Shown here piece by piece: positions 27,317 through 37,364 of a DNA stretch of 64,000 nt. The position numbers and the translations under genes were made by a program. Below the pieces are notes generated by a model. That model worked only from the letters and a program-made list of their open reading frames with translations, ran no database searches and was not told the DNA's origin. Source of the stretch: a bacterium (lineage in GTDB: Bacteria > Patescibacteriota > SICC01); assembly GCA_030699935.1 (NCBI GenBank), contig JAUYKS010000002.1, forward strand, positions 81 through 64,080, given 5' to 3'. Within the stretch, counting starts at the first letter, position 1. Every line of letters starts with the position of its first letter.

Positions 27317-28689
27317 GAGGTATGCAACTATCGGGGAGCGTGCGCATTCCGGTCATCACGGCCGCGGTCCTGGCGGGCGGTCTCGTGGCCGGTTCGCTGG
27401 TGCGGATCAATCCGTTCTCGGAGAGCGGCGCCGCGCTGACGGCGCTGGATATCAGCATCGGGACCGGCTTGCTGCTGCTGTTCGGCTCGGTCTTGCACCG
27501 CCGGAAACTGGGCGACTTCGTCCGGTTCGTGGGGCGGCACCCGGCCTGGCGCTTCAGCGCCCTGTTCCTGCTGATCGCTCTCTTCACGCTACTGGTCAGG
27601 GCGGGCAGTTACCCGCCGAACGAACTGATCGTCGCCGGGGCCTACCTGCTGAGGCTGATCGCCACGTTCGTGCTGTTCTGGCTCCTGGCCTACGGCGGCA
27701 CGCGGTTCCGCAAACCCCTCCTCGGCGCTTTCGGCGTCGCGGCGGCGGCGCTGGTCTCGCTCGGATTCCTGCAATTACAGCTGGTTCCCAATTTCCGATT
27801 CGCCCGCCGCGAAGGCTGGGACCCGCATCTGGACCGCCTGTTCTCCACGTTCCTCGACCCGAACTTCTTCGGCATCTTCGCGGTGCTGGCGATGGCGGTT
27901 GCGCTGGCGATGTACCTGCGGAACCGCAAGGAGAAGGGCCGCAAAGGCGCCGTGGCAGCCGGCTACCTGCTGCTGTTCCTGGCGTCCTGGGTGGCGCTCT
28001 ACTTCACCTTTTCTCGCAGCGCCTGGGTGGCGGGCCTGATCGCCATCCCGCCGATCGCTTGGAAGTACCGGAAGATGCTCACCGTCGTGATCGCGGCGGT
28101 TTTCATCGCCGCGCTGTTCCTGCCGACCCGGCTGGGGGACCGGTTCGAGTCCACCCAAGGGTTGATCCGCGCCTCGGACTACCAAGGCGAGCGGTACGTT
28201 TGCGACCCGGCCGAACCGGTAGCGGCTTGCGATCCGAGCGGTTCCAACCGCATCTTTTCGATCCGCGACGGCCTGGAGCTGGCGCGGCAACACCCCGTCT
28301 TCGGCGTGGGCTACAACGCGTACGCCTTCGCGATGAAACAGGACGGCAAAGCGACGGAACGCTCCCTGCGGCGGCACTCCGCGAACGGCTCGGACAGCTC
28401 GCTCCTGAACGTGTTGGTCACGACCGGCGCGTTCGGCCTGCTCGCGTTCCTGGCGTTCTTCGCCGGGACCTTGTGGCGGTTGTTCAAGCAGAGCGCCGGC
28501 ACGGGCACCGTGGCTTGGCTTTCCTGGGGGCTGCTCTGGTTCACGCCGGCCTGGCTGGCCGCCTCATTCTTCAATAACGCCGTGCTGTACCAGCTGATCC
28601 TGGTGCCGTGGGGCATGCTGCTGGCGGTGGCATTGGCGAGAGGCAACCCGGCGAGTCCGACGAAGAATCCCGCGAGGGGAGGCCGATGA
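27313..28689 (+). CDS. O-antigen ligase-like (Wzy_C) membrane protein
   Basis: RLFSTFLDPNFFG, TFSRSAW, PVFGVGYN, DSSLL.VL.TTG. Confidence 0.85.
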   Translation: MRGMQLSGSVRIPVITAAVLAGGLVAGSLVRINPFSESGAALTALDISIGTGLLLLFGSVLHRRKLGDFVRFVGRHPAWRFSALFLLIALFTLLVRAGSYPPNELIVAGAYLLRLIATFVLFWLLAYGGTRFRKPLLGAFGVAAAALVSLGFLQLQLVPNFRFARREGWDPHLDRLFSTFLDPNFFGIFAVLAMAVALAMYLRNRKEKGRKGAVAAGYLLLFLASWVALYFTFSRSAWVAGLIAIPPIAWKYRKMLTVVIAAVFIAALFLPTRLGDRFESTQGLIRASDYQGERYVCDPAEPVAACDPSGSNRIFSIRDGLELARQHPVFGVGYNAYAFAMKQDGKATERSLRRHSANGSDSSLLNVLVTTGAFGLLAFLAFFAGTLWRLFKQSAGTGTVAWLSWGLLWFTPAWLAASFFNNAVLYQLILVPWGMLLAVALARGNPASPTKNPARGGR

Positions 28690-29945
28690 TCGCCGCGTTC
28701 GGCGCCGAGCAGACGATCACTGTCGCCGGCCCGATCGCGTGGGCAGCCGTCGCGTTGCTGATGCTGGCGGCGTTCTTCTTCACGCGCCGTCATCCCGGCG
28801 GTGGGCTCGGATTGGTGATCGCGGCGCTGCCGCTCTACCAGGTCCGCGGCACGCTGGGCGGGTCGTTGGGCATCCCGGGCTTGCCCGACATCCCGACCAC
28901 GCTGCTCGAGCTGCTTCTGGGCGCGGTCGTGCTGGGTTTGCTCAGCCGGTGGCCGGCGATCAAACCGCGGCGTTCGCCGTACGATCTCTGGCTCGGCCTC
29001 TGGGTCGGCGGCTCGCTGCTGGCCGCGCTGCTGGCGCCCGACCGGATGCAGGCGCTCGGCCTTTGGCGGGCGTTCTTCCTGGAGCCGGCCGTGTTCTTCG
29101 TCGCCGCGCAAGCCGTGTTCCGGAAGGAATCGCCGCGTCCGATCGCCTATGGCGCCGGCGCCGCGATCCTGATCACCGCCCTTTGGACCGGCGCGTTGGC
29201 ATTGGGCGCCGGTACGGCGCTCTCATACGACGGCCGGCTGACCGGACCGTTCCAGTCGGCGAACTTCCTGGCGCACCTCGGCGTGCCGCTGGCCTTGCTT
29301 CTGATCGGTTGGCCGGAACGTCTCTCGCCGCTCGTCCGGTACGTCCCGGTCTTGACGGCGCTGCTCCTCCTGGCCGGATCGCAATCGCGGGGCGGGCTGC
29401 TCGCGCTAGCGATCGGCGGCAGCGTCCTCCTGGCCGTCCGCCGCGGCGGGAAGCGGCTGCGGCAGGGCGCGGTTCTCGCGGCGGCAGTCGCCTTGGTCAT
29501 CCTGGGCGCCTTCACCCTGATCGAACGGAACGACCGCTTCTCGACCCGCAGTACGCTGTGGGGGACGGCGGCCGAAGTCGTCCGGGAGCGTCCGCTGCTC
29601 GGCGCCGGCCCGGAACACTTCCAGGACGAAGTGCGCCGCCGCATGGGCGGTGACGATGAGCTCCGCCGGTTCGTGATCCCGCGCGCGCCGGACGCTCACA
29701 ACGTCTTTCTGGTCACCTGGACGGAATGGGGATTGCTGACGTTCCTCGGCCTGCTCGGCTTGCTGGGAACCGCGATCCGCCTGCTGGTCACGCGCCGCGA
29801 CGCCTGGGTGCCGGTGGTGGCGGCAATGGGAGCGGCGATCATCGCCCACGGCCTGGTGGACACGCCGATCCTGAAGAACGACCTGGCTCTGATCTTCATG
29901 GTCGTCCTGCTGCTGACGGCGCTGCCGAAACGGAGAGCATCGTGA
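28686..29945 (+). CDS. O-antigen ligase-like (Wzy_C) membrane protein
   Basis: RLTGPFQSANFLA, SQSRGG, PLLGAG, AHNVFL..W.E.G, HGLVD...KND. Confidence 0.85.
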   Translation: MIAAFGAEQTITVAGPIAWAAVALLMLAAFFFTRRHPGGGLGLVIAALPLYQVRGTLGGSLGIPGLPDIPTTLLELLLGAVVLGLLSRWPAIKPRRSPYDLWLGLWVGGSLLAALLAPDRMQALGLWRAFFLEPAVFFVAAQAVFRKESPRPIAYGAGAAILITALWTGALALGAGTALSYDGRLTGPFQSANFLAHLGVPLALLLIGWPERLSPLVRYVPVLTALLLLAGSQSRGGLLALAIGGSVLLAVRRGGKRLRQGAVLAAAVALVILGAFTLIERNDRFSTRSTLWGTAAEVVRERPLLGAGPEHFQDEVRRRMGGDDELRRFVIPRAPDAHNVFLVTWTEWGLLTFLGLLGLLGTAIRLLVTRRDAWVPVVAAMGAAIIAHGLVDTPILKNDLALIFMVVLLLTALPKRRAS

Positions 29946-31072
29946 AAGGCAAGCGGATTGGCATCGACGCGCGGTTCTACGGGACCGGTTCGGGGCTGGC
30001 CCGCTACACCCGCGAGCTGATCGACCATCTCGCGAAGCTGAAATCGCCGCACACGTTCGTCGTGCTTCTGCTTAAGGAAGACGTCGCGGCGTTCAAGCAG
30101 AACGCGCCCAAGCCGGACGGCCCGCCGTTCGAGATCCTGCCGACCACGATCCGCCACTACACGTTCGCCGAGCAGCTACGGCTGCGGCGCCAGCTCGAGC
30201 GCGCGAACCTCGACCTGATCCATTTCACCAACTTCAATTACCCGATCCGCTACCGGAAGCCGTTCGTGGTGACGCTGCACGACGTGACGCTGCTGGAGTA
30301 CGCGGGCCGCAGCCGGCTGTCGAGACTCAAGATGCACCCGATGCGGATGGTGGTGAGCCGGGGGATCAAGCGCAGCAAGGCGGTGATCGCAATCTCGAAG
30401 CACCAACAGCGGTTGATCGCACGCCGCTTCCGGACGCCGGCGGACCGGATCAAGGTCATCTACGAAGCAGTCGAGGGGCGGTACCGTCCGATGACGGCGG
30501 GCGCCAAGGTCGCTTTCCGCCGGGAGCACGGCCTGGACCGTCCGTTCTTGATGTACGCCGGCGAATGGCGCGAACACAAGAACCTGGTCCGGATGCTGAA
30601 GGCGTTCAAGCGCCTGCGGCAGCAGCGCGACGTCGAGCTGGTGCTGGTCGGCAAGCGCGATCCCGCCTTCCCGATCATCCCCCAGACGATCCGGCGCCTC
30701 GGTCTGACCGATAACGTCCGCCTGACCGGATTCGTCGCCGACGCCGATTTGCCGAAGTACTACGCCTGCGCCGACGCGTTCGTGTTCCCGTCGCTGACCG
30801 AGGGATTCGGCCTGCCGCCGCTGGAGGCGATGGCCAGCGGCACGCCGGTGGCGTCCTCGGCGGCCCAGCCGATGCCGGAGATCCTCGGTGACGCGGCGCA
30901 CTTCTTCAACCCGCGGAACACCGCGGAGATGGCGCAGGCGCTGGACCGCGTCCTAACTGACCGCCGGCTCCGGGCAGCGCTCCGGACGCGCGGCTTGGCC
31001 CGGGCCAAACGGTATTCCTGGAAGCGGATGGCGCGGGAGACCCTCGACGTCTACGAGTCCGTCTTGGAGTGA
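29942..31072 (+). CDS. Glycosyltransferase family 4
   Basis: IGIDARF, TLHD, HKN, EGFGLPPLEAMASGTPV, YSW. Confidence 0.92.
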   Translation: MKGKRIGIDARFYGTGSGLARYTRELIDHLAKLKSPHTFVVLLLKEDVAAFKQNAPKPDGPPFEILPTTIRHYTFAEQLRLRRQLERANLDLIHFTNFNYPIRYRKPFVVTLHDVTLLEYAGRSRLSRLKMHPMRMVVSRGIKRSKAVIAISKHQQRLIARRFRTPADRIKVIYEAVEGRYRPMTAGAKVAFRREHGLDRPFLMYAGEWREHKNLVRMLKAFKRLRQQRDVELVLVGKRDPAFPIIPQTIRRLGLTDNVRLTGFVADADLPKYYACADAFVFPSLTEGFGLPPLEAMASGTPVASSAAQPMPEILGDAAHFFNPRNTAEMAQALDRVLTDRRLRAALRTRGLARAKRYSWKRMARETLDVYESVLE

Positions 31073-31113
31073 GAGCGCTTCGTCCGCGGCCGCGGTATAC
31101 TGATACGTCCCCC

Positions 31114-31344
31114 ATGCCTACAATGAACCCGCATGAGCAAAAAGCGGTCGTCGAATCCGTCTCAGCCCGAACGGTCACGCTGCGTTTGGGTGACCAGAGA
31201 TTCGAATGGCCGCGCGAACAAGCGCCGGAACTCCGGAAAGGAGATTCGGTGATGGTCCGCCTCCTGACCGAAGCTCAGGCCGTGACCGACCGCCACGAAC
31301 AGGCTCGGATCGTGCTCAAGGAGCTTTTGGGGGACGGGCGATGA
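31114..31344 (+). CDS. Small hypothetical protein (OB-fold-like)
   Basis: 76-aa ORF preceded by TATACT; start uncertain (31114 or 31123). Confidence 0.55.
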   Translation: MPTMNPHEQKAVVESVSARTVTLRLGDQRFEWPREQAPELRKGDSVMVRLLTEAQAVTDRHEQARIVLKELLGDGR

Positions 31345-31374
31345 GCGGCGGGCGACGATGAGTGGCGACGGGCA

Positions 31375-33108
31375 ATGAGCGAGCGAAGGGGCCGCCCGTT
31401 CTTCCGGGCCGCGATTACGCTCGGGTTCTTCGTGCTGCTGATCGTCGGCGCGAGCCAGGTCCTCTACCGCGACCGCGTGCTGCCCGGCGTGACGGTGGCG
31501 GGGATCAACCTCGGCGGCAAGACCGAATCGGAAGCCGCGGCGACGATCGCCGACCGCACCAAGGACCTGAAGCGGCTGACGTTCGCCGAGGACGGGCGTT
31601 CGTATGAGTTTTCCGCGGCGGAACTCAGTCTGAAAGCGGATCCGCAGGCCACGGCCCGTCTGGCGATGGAAGCCGGCCGCGGGGACTTCGGGATCGCCCT
31701 GGCGCCTTCGTCGTTCGGATTCGGAACGTACGACTCCCGGTTGGTCTATCGGCTGAACCGCAGCGCGCTGAAGCAGAAACTGCTGGACCGGACGGCCGAA
31801 TCGACCCGTCCGGCGATCGACGCATCCGTCGTACGGGCCGGTGACGACTTCGAGGGCTTGCCCGAGGCGGACGGATTCGGCATCGACGCGGACCGGGCCG
31901 TGCGGGACGCCAGTCTGGCGATCGAACGGCTGGAAACGGCCGTCACGCTCCATCGCACCGTGCTCCGGCCCCGCGTGACGTCTCAGGACTTGGCCGCGCC
32001 GTTGGCCCAGGCTAGGCTGTTGGCCGATCAACCCGCCGTGATCCAGGCCGGGGATCGGGAGTTCCTGCCCGGCCCGGTGGCGGTGCGGGACTGGGTCGGC
32101 TTCCGCGTGACGAAACAATCCGCCAAGACGCCACTGTACGATTCGACGATCGTCCCGATGTTCCTGAAGGAACTTTACCTGACGCCGGCCGAACTGGGCG
32201 AAGAGCGGTTCCGCCTGACGGCCGACTACGACCGTGAGAGCGTCGGCCAGTACGTGAATACGATCGCCGACCAGATGGATCGGCCGGCAGAAAACGGACG
32301 GCTGACGATGCGCGGCGGCAAGTTGGTTTTCTCCGGCGAATCGAAGGACGGACAAGTGGTCGATCGTCCCGCCGCGGTCGACGAGATCGTTTCGCGCACC
32401 AAACGGGCCGAAGTAGCGGTCCTGCGGGTCGTGAAGGAACCGGCCCAGATCAGCCCGACGAACCTGGGCAAACTCGGTCTGAAGACCCTGATCGGGAGCG
32501 CGACGACCACGTTCGGCGGCAGTCCCGTCAACCGGACGTTTAACATCGGCGTCGGGGCGGCGAGGTTCGACGGCGTCCTGATCAAACCGGGCCAGGAATT
32601 CTCGTTCAACACGACGCTCGGCGAGGTCGGTCCGGAGACCGGATACCGCCAGGAGCTCGTCATCCTGGAGAACAAGACCGCGCCGCAATATGGCGGCGGT
32701 CTGTGCCAGGTCTCGACCACGATGTTCCGGGCGGCAATGGATGCGGGTCTGCCGATCACCGACCGGACCAACCATTCGTATGCCGTGCACTACTATGCGC
32801 CGATCGGGATGGACGCCACGATCTACCCGCCAGACCCGGACATGAAGTTCGTGAACAACACCAAGGGATACATCCTGGTCCAGACCAGCCAGTCGGGACA
32901 GTCGCTGACCTATGAGTTCTACGGCACGGACGATGGGCGCAAGTCCAGCACGGAGATCCTTTCTATCAACGCGACCGAGGAGGGCGGCGGCACGGCCTCG
33001 TTCCGCTACTCGGTGAAGGGCGGCCCGCAGCCGATCGACCAGGTCTTTTACTCCAGCTACAAACCGCGGAAGGCGTTCCCGGTGGCCGGCGAGCAAAGCC
33101 TGAACTAA
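31375..33108 (+). CDS. VanW family protein with peptidoglycan-binding (PG_binding_4) region
   Basis: PGVTVAGINLGGKT; R..NI...A....G.LIKPGQEFSFN..LG, GGGLCQVSTTMFRA, GMDATIY.P..D.KF.N. Confidence 0.9.
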   Translation: MSERRGRPFFRAAITLGFFVLLIVGASQVLYRDRVLPGVTVAGINLGGKTESEAAATIADRTKDLKRLTFAEDGRSYEFSAAELSLKADPQATARLAMEAGRGDFGIALAPSSFGFGTYDSRLVYRLNRSALKQKLLDRTAESTRPAIDASVVRAGDDFEGLPEADGFGIDADRAVRDASLAIERLETAVTLHRTVLRPRVTSQDLAAPLAQARLLADQPAVIQAGDREFLPGPVAVRDWVGFRVTKQSAKTPLYDSTIVPMFLKELYLTPAELGEERFRLTADYDRESVGQYVNTIADQMDRPAENGRLTMRGGKLVFSGESKDGQVVDRPAAVDEIVSRTKRAEVAVLRVVKEPAQISPTNLGKLGLKTLIGSATTTFGGSPVNRTFNIGVGAARFDGVLIKPGQEFSFNTTLGEVGPETGYRQELVILENKTAPQYGGGLCQVSTTMFRAAMDAGLPITDRTNHSYAVHYYAPIGMDATIYPPDPDMKFVNNTKGYILVQTSQSGQSLTYEFYGTDDGRKSSTEILSINATEEGGGTASFRYSVKGGPQPIDQVFYSSYKPRKAFPVAGEQSLN

Positions 33109-33118
33109 GAGCGCTGAT

Positions 33119-33739
33119 TCAACGTTTGCCGACGACGAGACCCCAGACTTGCCGGGCACCTTTCGTGCGGCAAGCCGCGGCGCAAGCGGCCAACGTGGCG
33201 CCGGTGGTGTAAACGTCGTCGACCAGGACGACCGTCTTACTGGACAACGCCGCGCCGGTCCAGTCGAAGGCTCCCCGGACGTTCCGGTGCCGCTCCGCGC
33301 GCCCGAGGCCGGTTTGGGTCTGCGTGTATCGTGTGCGGATCAGGGCGGTGGACATTGGCAGGCCGGTCGATTCGGACAAGGCTTCGGTCAGCAGCGCCGA
33401 TTGGTTGTGTCCGCGCTGCCGCAGCCGCCGCGGGTGCAGCGGGACCGGCACGAGCAGGACGTCGCTTCCGGGAACCTTCCGCACGAGCGGGGCCAACATC
33501 GCCGCCATGCCCGGCGCGACCGCCTTGGCGTGACGGTACTTCAGAGCCTTCACTAGCCGCGTCACGGGATCGCGGTGTACGGCAGCTGCTAGCAGGCCGT
33601 CGAGACCATTGCCGGGTGCCGGCGCCACGCCGACCGGCACGACCCGCCGACTGCACTCGTCACACCACCAACTCCCCGGTGCTGCGCAAGAGACGCAACG
33701 GGGCGGGAACAGGAGATCGAGCAGGCGGGAAAGCACCAT
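33119..33739 (-). CDS. comF: ComF family competence protein (Zn ribbon plus phosphoribosyltransferase)
   Basis: LFPPRCVSC, VPVPLH..R..RG.NQS, LVDDVYTTGAT. Confidence 0.92.
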   Translation of the reverse strand: MVLSRLLDLLFPPRCVSCAAPGSWWCDECSRRVVPVGVAPAPGNGLDGLLAAAVHRDPVTRLVKALKYRHAKAVAPGMAAMLAPLVRKVPGSDVLLVPVPLHPRRLRQRGHNQSALLTEALSESTGLPMSTALIRTRYTQTQTGLGRAERHRNVRGAFDWTGAALSSKTVVLVDDVYTTGATLAACAAACRTKGARQVWGLVVGKR

Positions 33740-33779
33740 GCTCCTATTTTAACAAGCAACCTTACCGAAGGATATGCGC

Positions 33780-34721
33780 CTATTCCACGATATGCTTCGG
33801 GTCGAATCCCAGCGAGCGCACCAGCAGCTCCCACTCGGTCCGATAGACCTTGCGGCGTTCCTTCTCGTGGAACTTGAGCATGGTGCGGTCGGCGATGATC
33901 CGGACGTCCGGTTCGTCCGAACGCGGCTCGGTATCGATCCGCTTCAGCTGGAACTTCGCCAGGCGTTTTTCCAACCGGTCGCCGAACCGACCAGACAGCA
34001 ACTTTTCCCGCCAGGCGGCGGCCCGGCCCGGCGCCGGCGGTTCGAATTCCGCATCGGCATACCCGGGCACATAGGACTTCACCCAGCGGTTGGCCTTCAG
34101 GAATTCGCTGTAGGTTCCGCTGTCGAGCACCGGCCTGAGCCCCGCGACCCAATAGGCCAAATAGATGTCGTACGGCTCGAACGCGATATCCGACAAATCG
34201 AGGTGTTTAGTGGTGGCCCAAAAGGAAAGGCACATCCGGTTCGCGATCTTCTTCCCGTGCCGCCGCAGGCCGAAGACCTGCAGGACGGCGGTTACCAGCA
34301 GCCGCGTAGTGAACAGACGCTTCGGATCGGTGACGATGAACAGGTCGATGTCGCTGTCCTCGCCAGCGGTGTGGTCCGCCAGGGTGTTACCGACCGCCGC
34401 CATCCGGATGAACGGCAATTGCCGCAGCAAACCGACCGCTACTCCGACCCGCCACCACTTGTACCGGTAGGCGCGGTCCGATTTGGCGGTGGGGTGATGC
34501 ACCGTCGCGCCTTTGACCCAGTACCGCCCCTTCCGTTCGTGCACTTTTCCGCCCAACCGCGAGAGGGCCTTTTCCAGTTCCGCCCGATCCGCCGGCTCCT
34601 TCAGCAGCAACCGTTCGAGCTCGGAAAGGCTGACCGCCCGCCCCAACGCGCTGAACCAGGCCAGCGTCCCGGCCACCCGCCACTCGATCGGCACCGTCCT
34701 TGGGTTTTTATCGTCCACCAC
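33780..34721 (-). CDS. Hypothetical protein with nucleotidyltransferase-like motif
   Basis: LPFIRMAAVGNT...DSDIDLFIV, RMCLSF, DIYLAYW, LKFH..ERR. Confidence 0.7.
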   Translation of the reverse strand: MVDDKNPRTVPIEWRVAGTLAWFSALGRAVSLSELERLLLKEPADRAELEKALSRLGGKVHERKGRYWVKGATVHHPTAKSDRAYRYKWWRVGVAVGLLRQLPFIRMAAVGNTLADHTAGEDSDIDLFIVTDPKRLFTTRLLVTAVLQVFGLRRHGKKIANRMCLSFWATTKHLDLSDIAFEPYDIYLAYWVAGLRPVLDSGTYSEFLKANRWVKSYVPGYADAEFEPPAPGRAAAWREKLLSGRFGDRLEKRLAKFQLKRIDTEPRSDEPDVRIIADRTMLKFHEKERRKVYRTEWELLVRSLGFDPKHIVE

Positions 34722-34740
34722 CTCAGCTTACACTGGGGAC

Positions 34741-35733
34741 ATGGGCACCAACCGCAAACGAGTACTTTCCGGCGTCCAAGCGTCCGGCAACCTGCATCTC
34801 GGCAATTACATCGGGGCGCTCCGGCAATTCATCGACCTGCAACGCGATTACGATTGCTACATCTTCATCGCCGACCTGCACGCGATCACCGTGCCGCAGG
34901 ATCCCAAGGCGCTCCGGAAGCAGATCCGCAGCGTGGTGAACATGCACCTGGCCTGCGGGCTGGACCCCGACAAGGTCACGCTCTTTCGCCAGTCCGACGT
35001 CTCCGCGCATTCCGAGCTGGGTTGGCTGCTCAATACGATCGCGACGATGGGCGAGCTGAAGCGGATGACCCAGTTCAAGGACAAGGCCGGCGGCAAGGCG
35101 GAAGCGTCGGTCGGGGTCGGGCTGTTCGATTATCCGGTCCTGATGGCGGCGGACATCCTGCTGTATGAGGCGGACCTGGTGCCGACCGGCGAGGACCAGA
35201 AGCAGCACATCGAGCTGGCCCGCGACCTGGCGCAGCGGTTCAACCACCGGTTCGGCCGGACCTTCCGGATGCCGAAGCCGATGATCCCGAAGATCGGGGC
35301 GCGGATCATGGGACTCGACGACCCGTCCGTGAAGATGTCGAAGAGCGCGGCCTCCGCCGGCAACCGGATCGAACTGATCGATTCGGAAGACGTGATCCGC
35401 AAGAAGGTCTCGCGGGCGGTGACTGACTCGGGTTCCGAGATCAAGGCCGGCCCGAAGAAGCCCGCCGTGACCAACCTCCTGACGATCATGTGCGCGCTGA
35501 CGGACCGGACCGTCGCCGAGCTCGAGAAGGAGTTCGCGGGGAAGGGCTACAAGGAGTTCAAAGAGGCGCTGGCGGACACGGTGGTCGCGGCCCTGAAACC
35601 GATCCAACAGACCCTGGCAGAATTAGAGAAGAACCCGAAGTACGTCGACGAGGTCTTGGCGCGGGGCGCCGAGAAAGCCCGGCCGGTCGCCGAGCGGACG
35701 CTGGCGGCTGCGAAACAAGCCATGGGGCTGTGA
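34741..35733 (+). CDS. trpS: Tryptophan--tRNA ligase
   Basis: HLGNYIGA, YPVLMAADILLY, GEDQKQH, KMSKS; start ATG 34741. Confidence 0.97.
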   Translation: MGTNRKRVLSGVQASGNLHLGNYIGALRQFIDLQRDYDCYIFIADLHAITVPQDPKALRKQIRSVVNMHLACGLDPDKVTLFRQSDVSAHSELGWLLNTIATMGELKRMTQFKDKAGGKAEASVGVGLFDYPVLMAADILLYEADLVPTGEDQKQHIELARDLAQRFNHRFGRTFRMPKPMIPKIGARIMGLDDPSVKMSKSAASAGNRIELIDSEDVIRKKVSRAVTDSGSEIKAGPKKPAVTNLLTIMCALTDRTVAELEKEFAGKGYKEFKEALADTVVAALKPIQQTLAELEKNPKYVDEVLARGAEKARPVAERTLAAAKQAMGL

Positions 35734-36497
35734 AGCTCGTTTCACTCAACTGTTGGTGCGGTCACGAATTTGAGACGTTGACTTCTTTTATCGAGGAGCA
35801 ATCGCGCGATACCGACGTGTTCTGCTTACAGGAAATGGTCGACGCGAAGCAGGACTTTTCGGACATCGACGACCGTTCCAACCTGATGACCGAAATCGGG
35901 AACCGGTTGCCGGCTTTCGACGGATTCTTCCACCCGATGATCGACGGGATGCTGGCGGACGGGACGCTGGTGGATCATGAGCTGCCGTTGGGCCAGGCTA
36001 TGTTCATTCGCCGCGGGATCGCACACGGGGACGTCAAAGACCGATTCGTGTACCGAACGTACAACCAAATTATCGAAGGCGACATCTCAAGCATTCCACG
36101 TAACGTGCAATACGTGACGTTGACCGGGCTCGACCGTCCGTTGAACATCCTGAATTTCCACGGTCTTTGGTGGAACAGCTACAAGGATGACAACGAGCAC
36201 CGGCTCGAACAGTCACGGAAGATCCTGGACCTGCTCAGCGGCCTAAAAGGGGAAGTCGTTTTGACCGGGGACTTCAACCTGAAGCCCGAGACGAAGAGCC
36301 TGGCGTTGTTCGAAGGTAGGCTACGAAATCTGATCAAGGAGTTCGGAGTTACGGACACCCGGACCAGCCTGTATAAGAAGCCCATCCGCCATGCGGACTA
36401 CATATTGGTCAGTGAAAACGTCAAGGCCAAATCGTTCGAGGTGCCCGACCTCCCGATTTCCGACCACCGGCCGATGATCCTCGAGTTCAGTCTATGA
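35730..36497 (+). CDS. Endonuclease/exonuclease/phosphatase (EEP) family protein
   Basis: MKLVSLN, FCLQE, GDFN, DYI, SDH.P; GTG start overlaps the trpS stop. Confidence 0.88.
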   Translation: MKLVSLNCWCGHEFETLTSFIEEQSRDTDVFCLQEMVDAKQDFSDIDDRSNLMTEIGNRLPAFDGFFHPMIDGMLADGTLVDHELPLGQAMFIRRGIAHGDVKDRFVYRTYNQIIEGDISSIPRNVQYVTLTGLDRPLNILNFHGLWWNSYKDDNEHRLEQSRKILDLLSGLKGEVVLTGDFNLKPETKSLALFEGRLRNLIKEFGVTDTRTSLYKKPIRHADYILVSENVKAKSFEVPDLPISDHRPMILEFSL

Positions 36498-37307
36498 TTA
36501 TGTTTCTGGAATGACTCGTGTCTGAGTACCCAAAACGGCCGTTTCCCCCGGCTCGATGGTGAGCCTTTCTTTCGGGTCATCCAGATCTTTCGCCCGGAAC
36601 CGCGGCTCAATGCACACGAAGTCCCGTCCCGGCTCAGTCCACAGCGTCCAGAAAGGGAATCCCTCCGAAACGAGCTGGACCGTTCCCGTGCCGGGAATGT
36701 GAGCATGGACGACTTCTTGGCTGTCGTAGGTTTCGCTTTGGTCATGACTGAAGACACCAGATGAGTAGTCCTCGAAGTCAATCTCAATGTCACGCTTGCG
36801 AGCGTCTTCCACTCGGAAGTACGGATGGAATCCGGGAGCCAACGGCATCGGCTCGGTGCCGCGGTTTTCAACTTCCAGCCGTTGTATCAATCCCGAGTCT
36901 ATCGTCGTCACTGAGTATCGAGCTCGGAACGGGTATCGGTATATCGCCGCAGTCTTCTCGTTGGATTCCAAGGCGAGTACTATCCCACGTTCGTCACTTT
37001 GCTCAACGGCCCATGGCAGGTCACGACCGAACCCATGCTGCGGTAGTTCGACGCCGGGCAGTTCGCGCTCGAACTTTCCGGCGATCGGGAATAGGATCGG
37101 ACAACCGCCCCGCCGCGACCCGTAGCGTTGCGTGTCAGGAAAGTAGATATCGTTGCCGCCGACTTTCCATTCCGTGACCAAAGCGCCACCGCGCGGCTCA
37201 TCGTCGGCCGGCTTGACCACGGCGCGCGAGTTTCCTGATTCCAGGACTATCTCGGTGGAATCGGTGAACTGCTCACTTTTTGGAACGCCTGATTGTCGCT
37301 TGGTCAT
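36498..37307 (-). CDS. Aldose 1-epimerase family protein
   Basis: RGGCPILFP, QHGFGR, GFHPYF, FVCIEP. Confidence 0.85.
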   Translation of the reverse strand: MTKRQSGVPKSEQFTDSTEIVLESGNSRAVVKPADDEPRGGALVTEWKVGGNDIYFPDTQRYGSRRGGCPILFPIAGKFERELPGVELPQHGFGRDLPWAVEQSDERGIVLALESNEKTAAIYRYPFRARYSVTTIDSGLIQRLEVENRGTEPMPLAPGFHPYFRVEDARKRDIEIDFEDYSSGVFSHDQSETYDSQEVVHAHIPGTGTVQLVSEGFPFWTLWTEPGRDFVCIEPRFRAKDLDDPKERLTIEPGETAVLGTQTRVIPET

Positions 37308-37315
37308 AACGGAGA

Positions 37316-37348
37316 ATTATACCATCTGTATGACTATATTTCAAGTCA
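37316..37348 (-). promoter_or_regulatory. Sigma70 promoter of the epimerase gene with overlapping inverted repeat
   Basis: Minus strand TTGAAA-17-TATAAT (extended TG); TGACT-N8-AGTCA at 37331-37348. Confidence 0.6.
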
Positions 37349-37364
37349 ACAAAGGCACTTTTAC

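Noticed and set aside
31375-33108. vanW plus vanX as a vancomycin-resistance cluster
   Set aside because: The genes are 27 kb apart and no vanH, vanA/B or vanRS is visible; both families have housekeeping wall roles.
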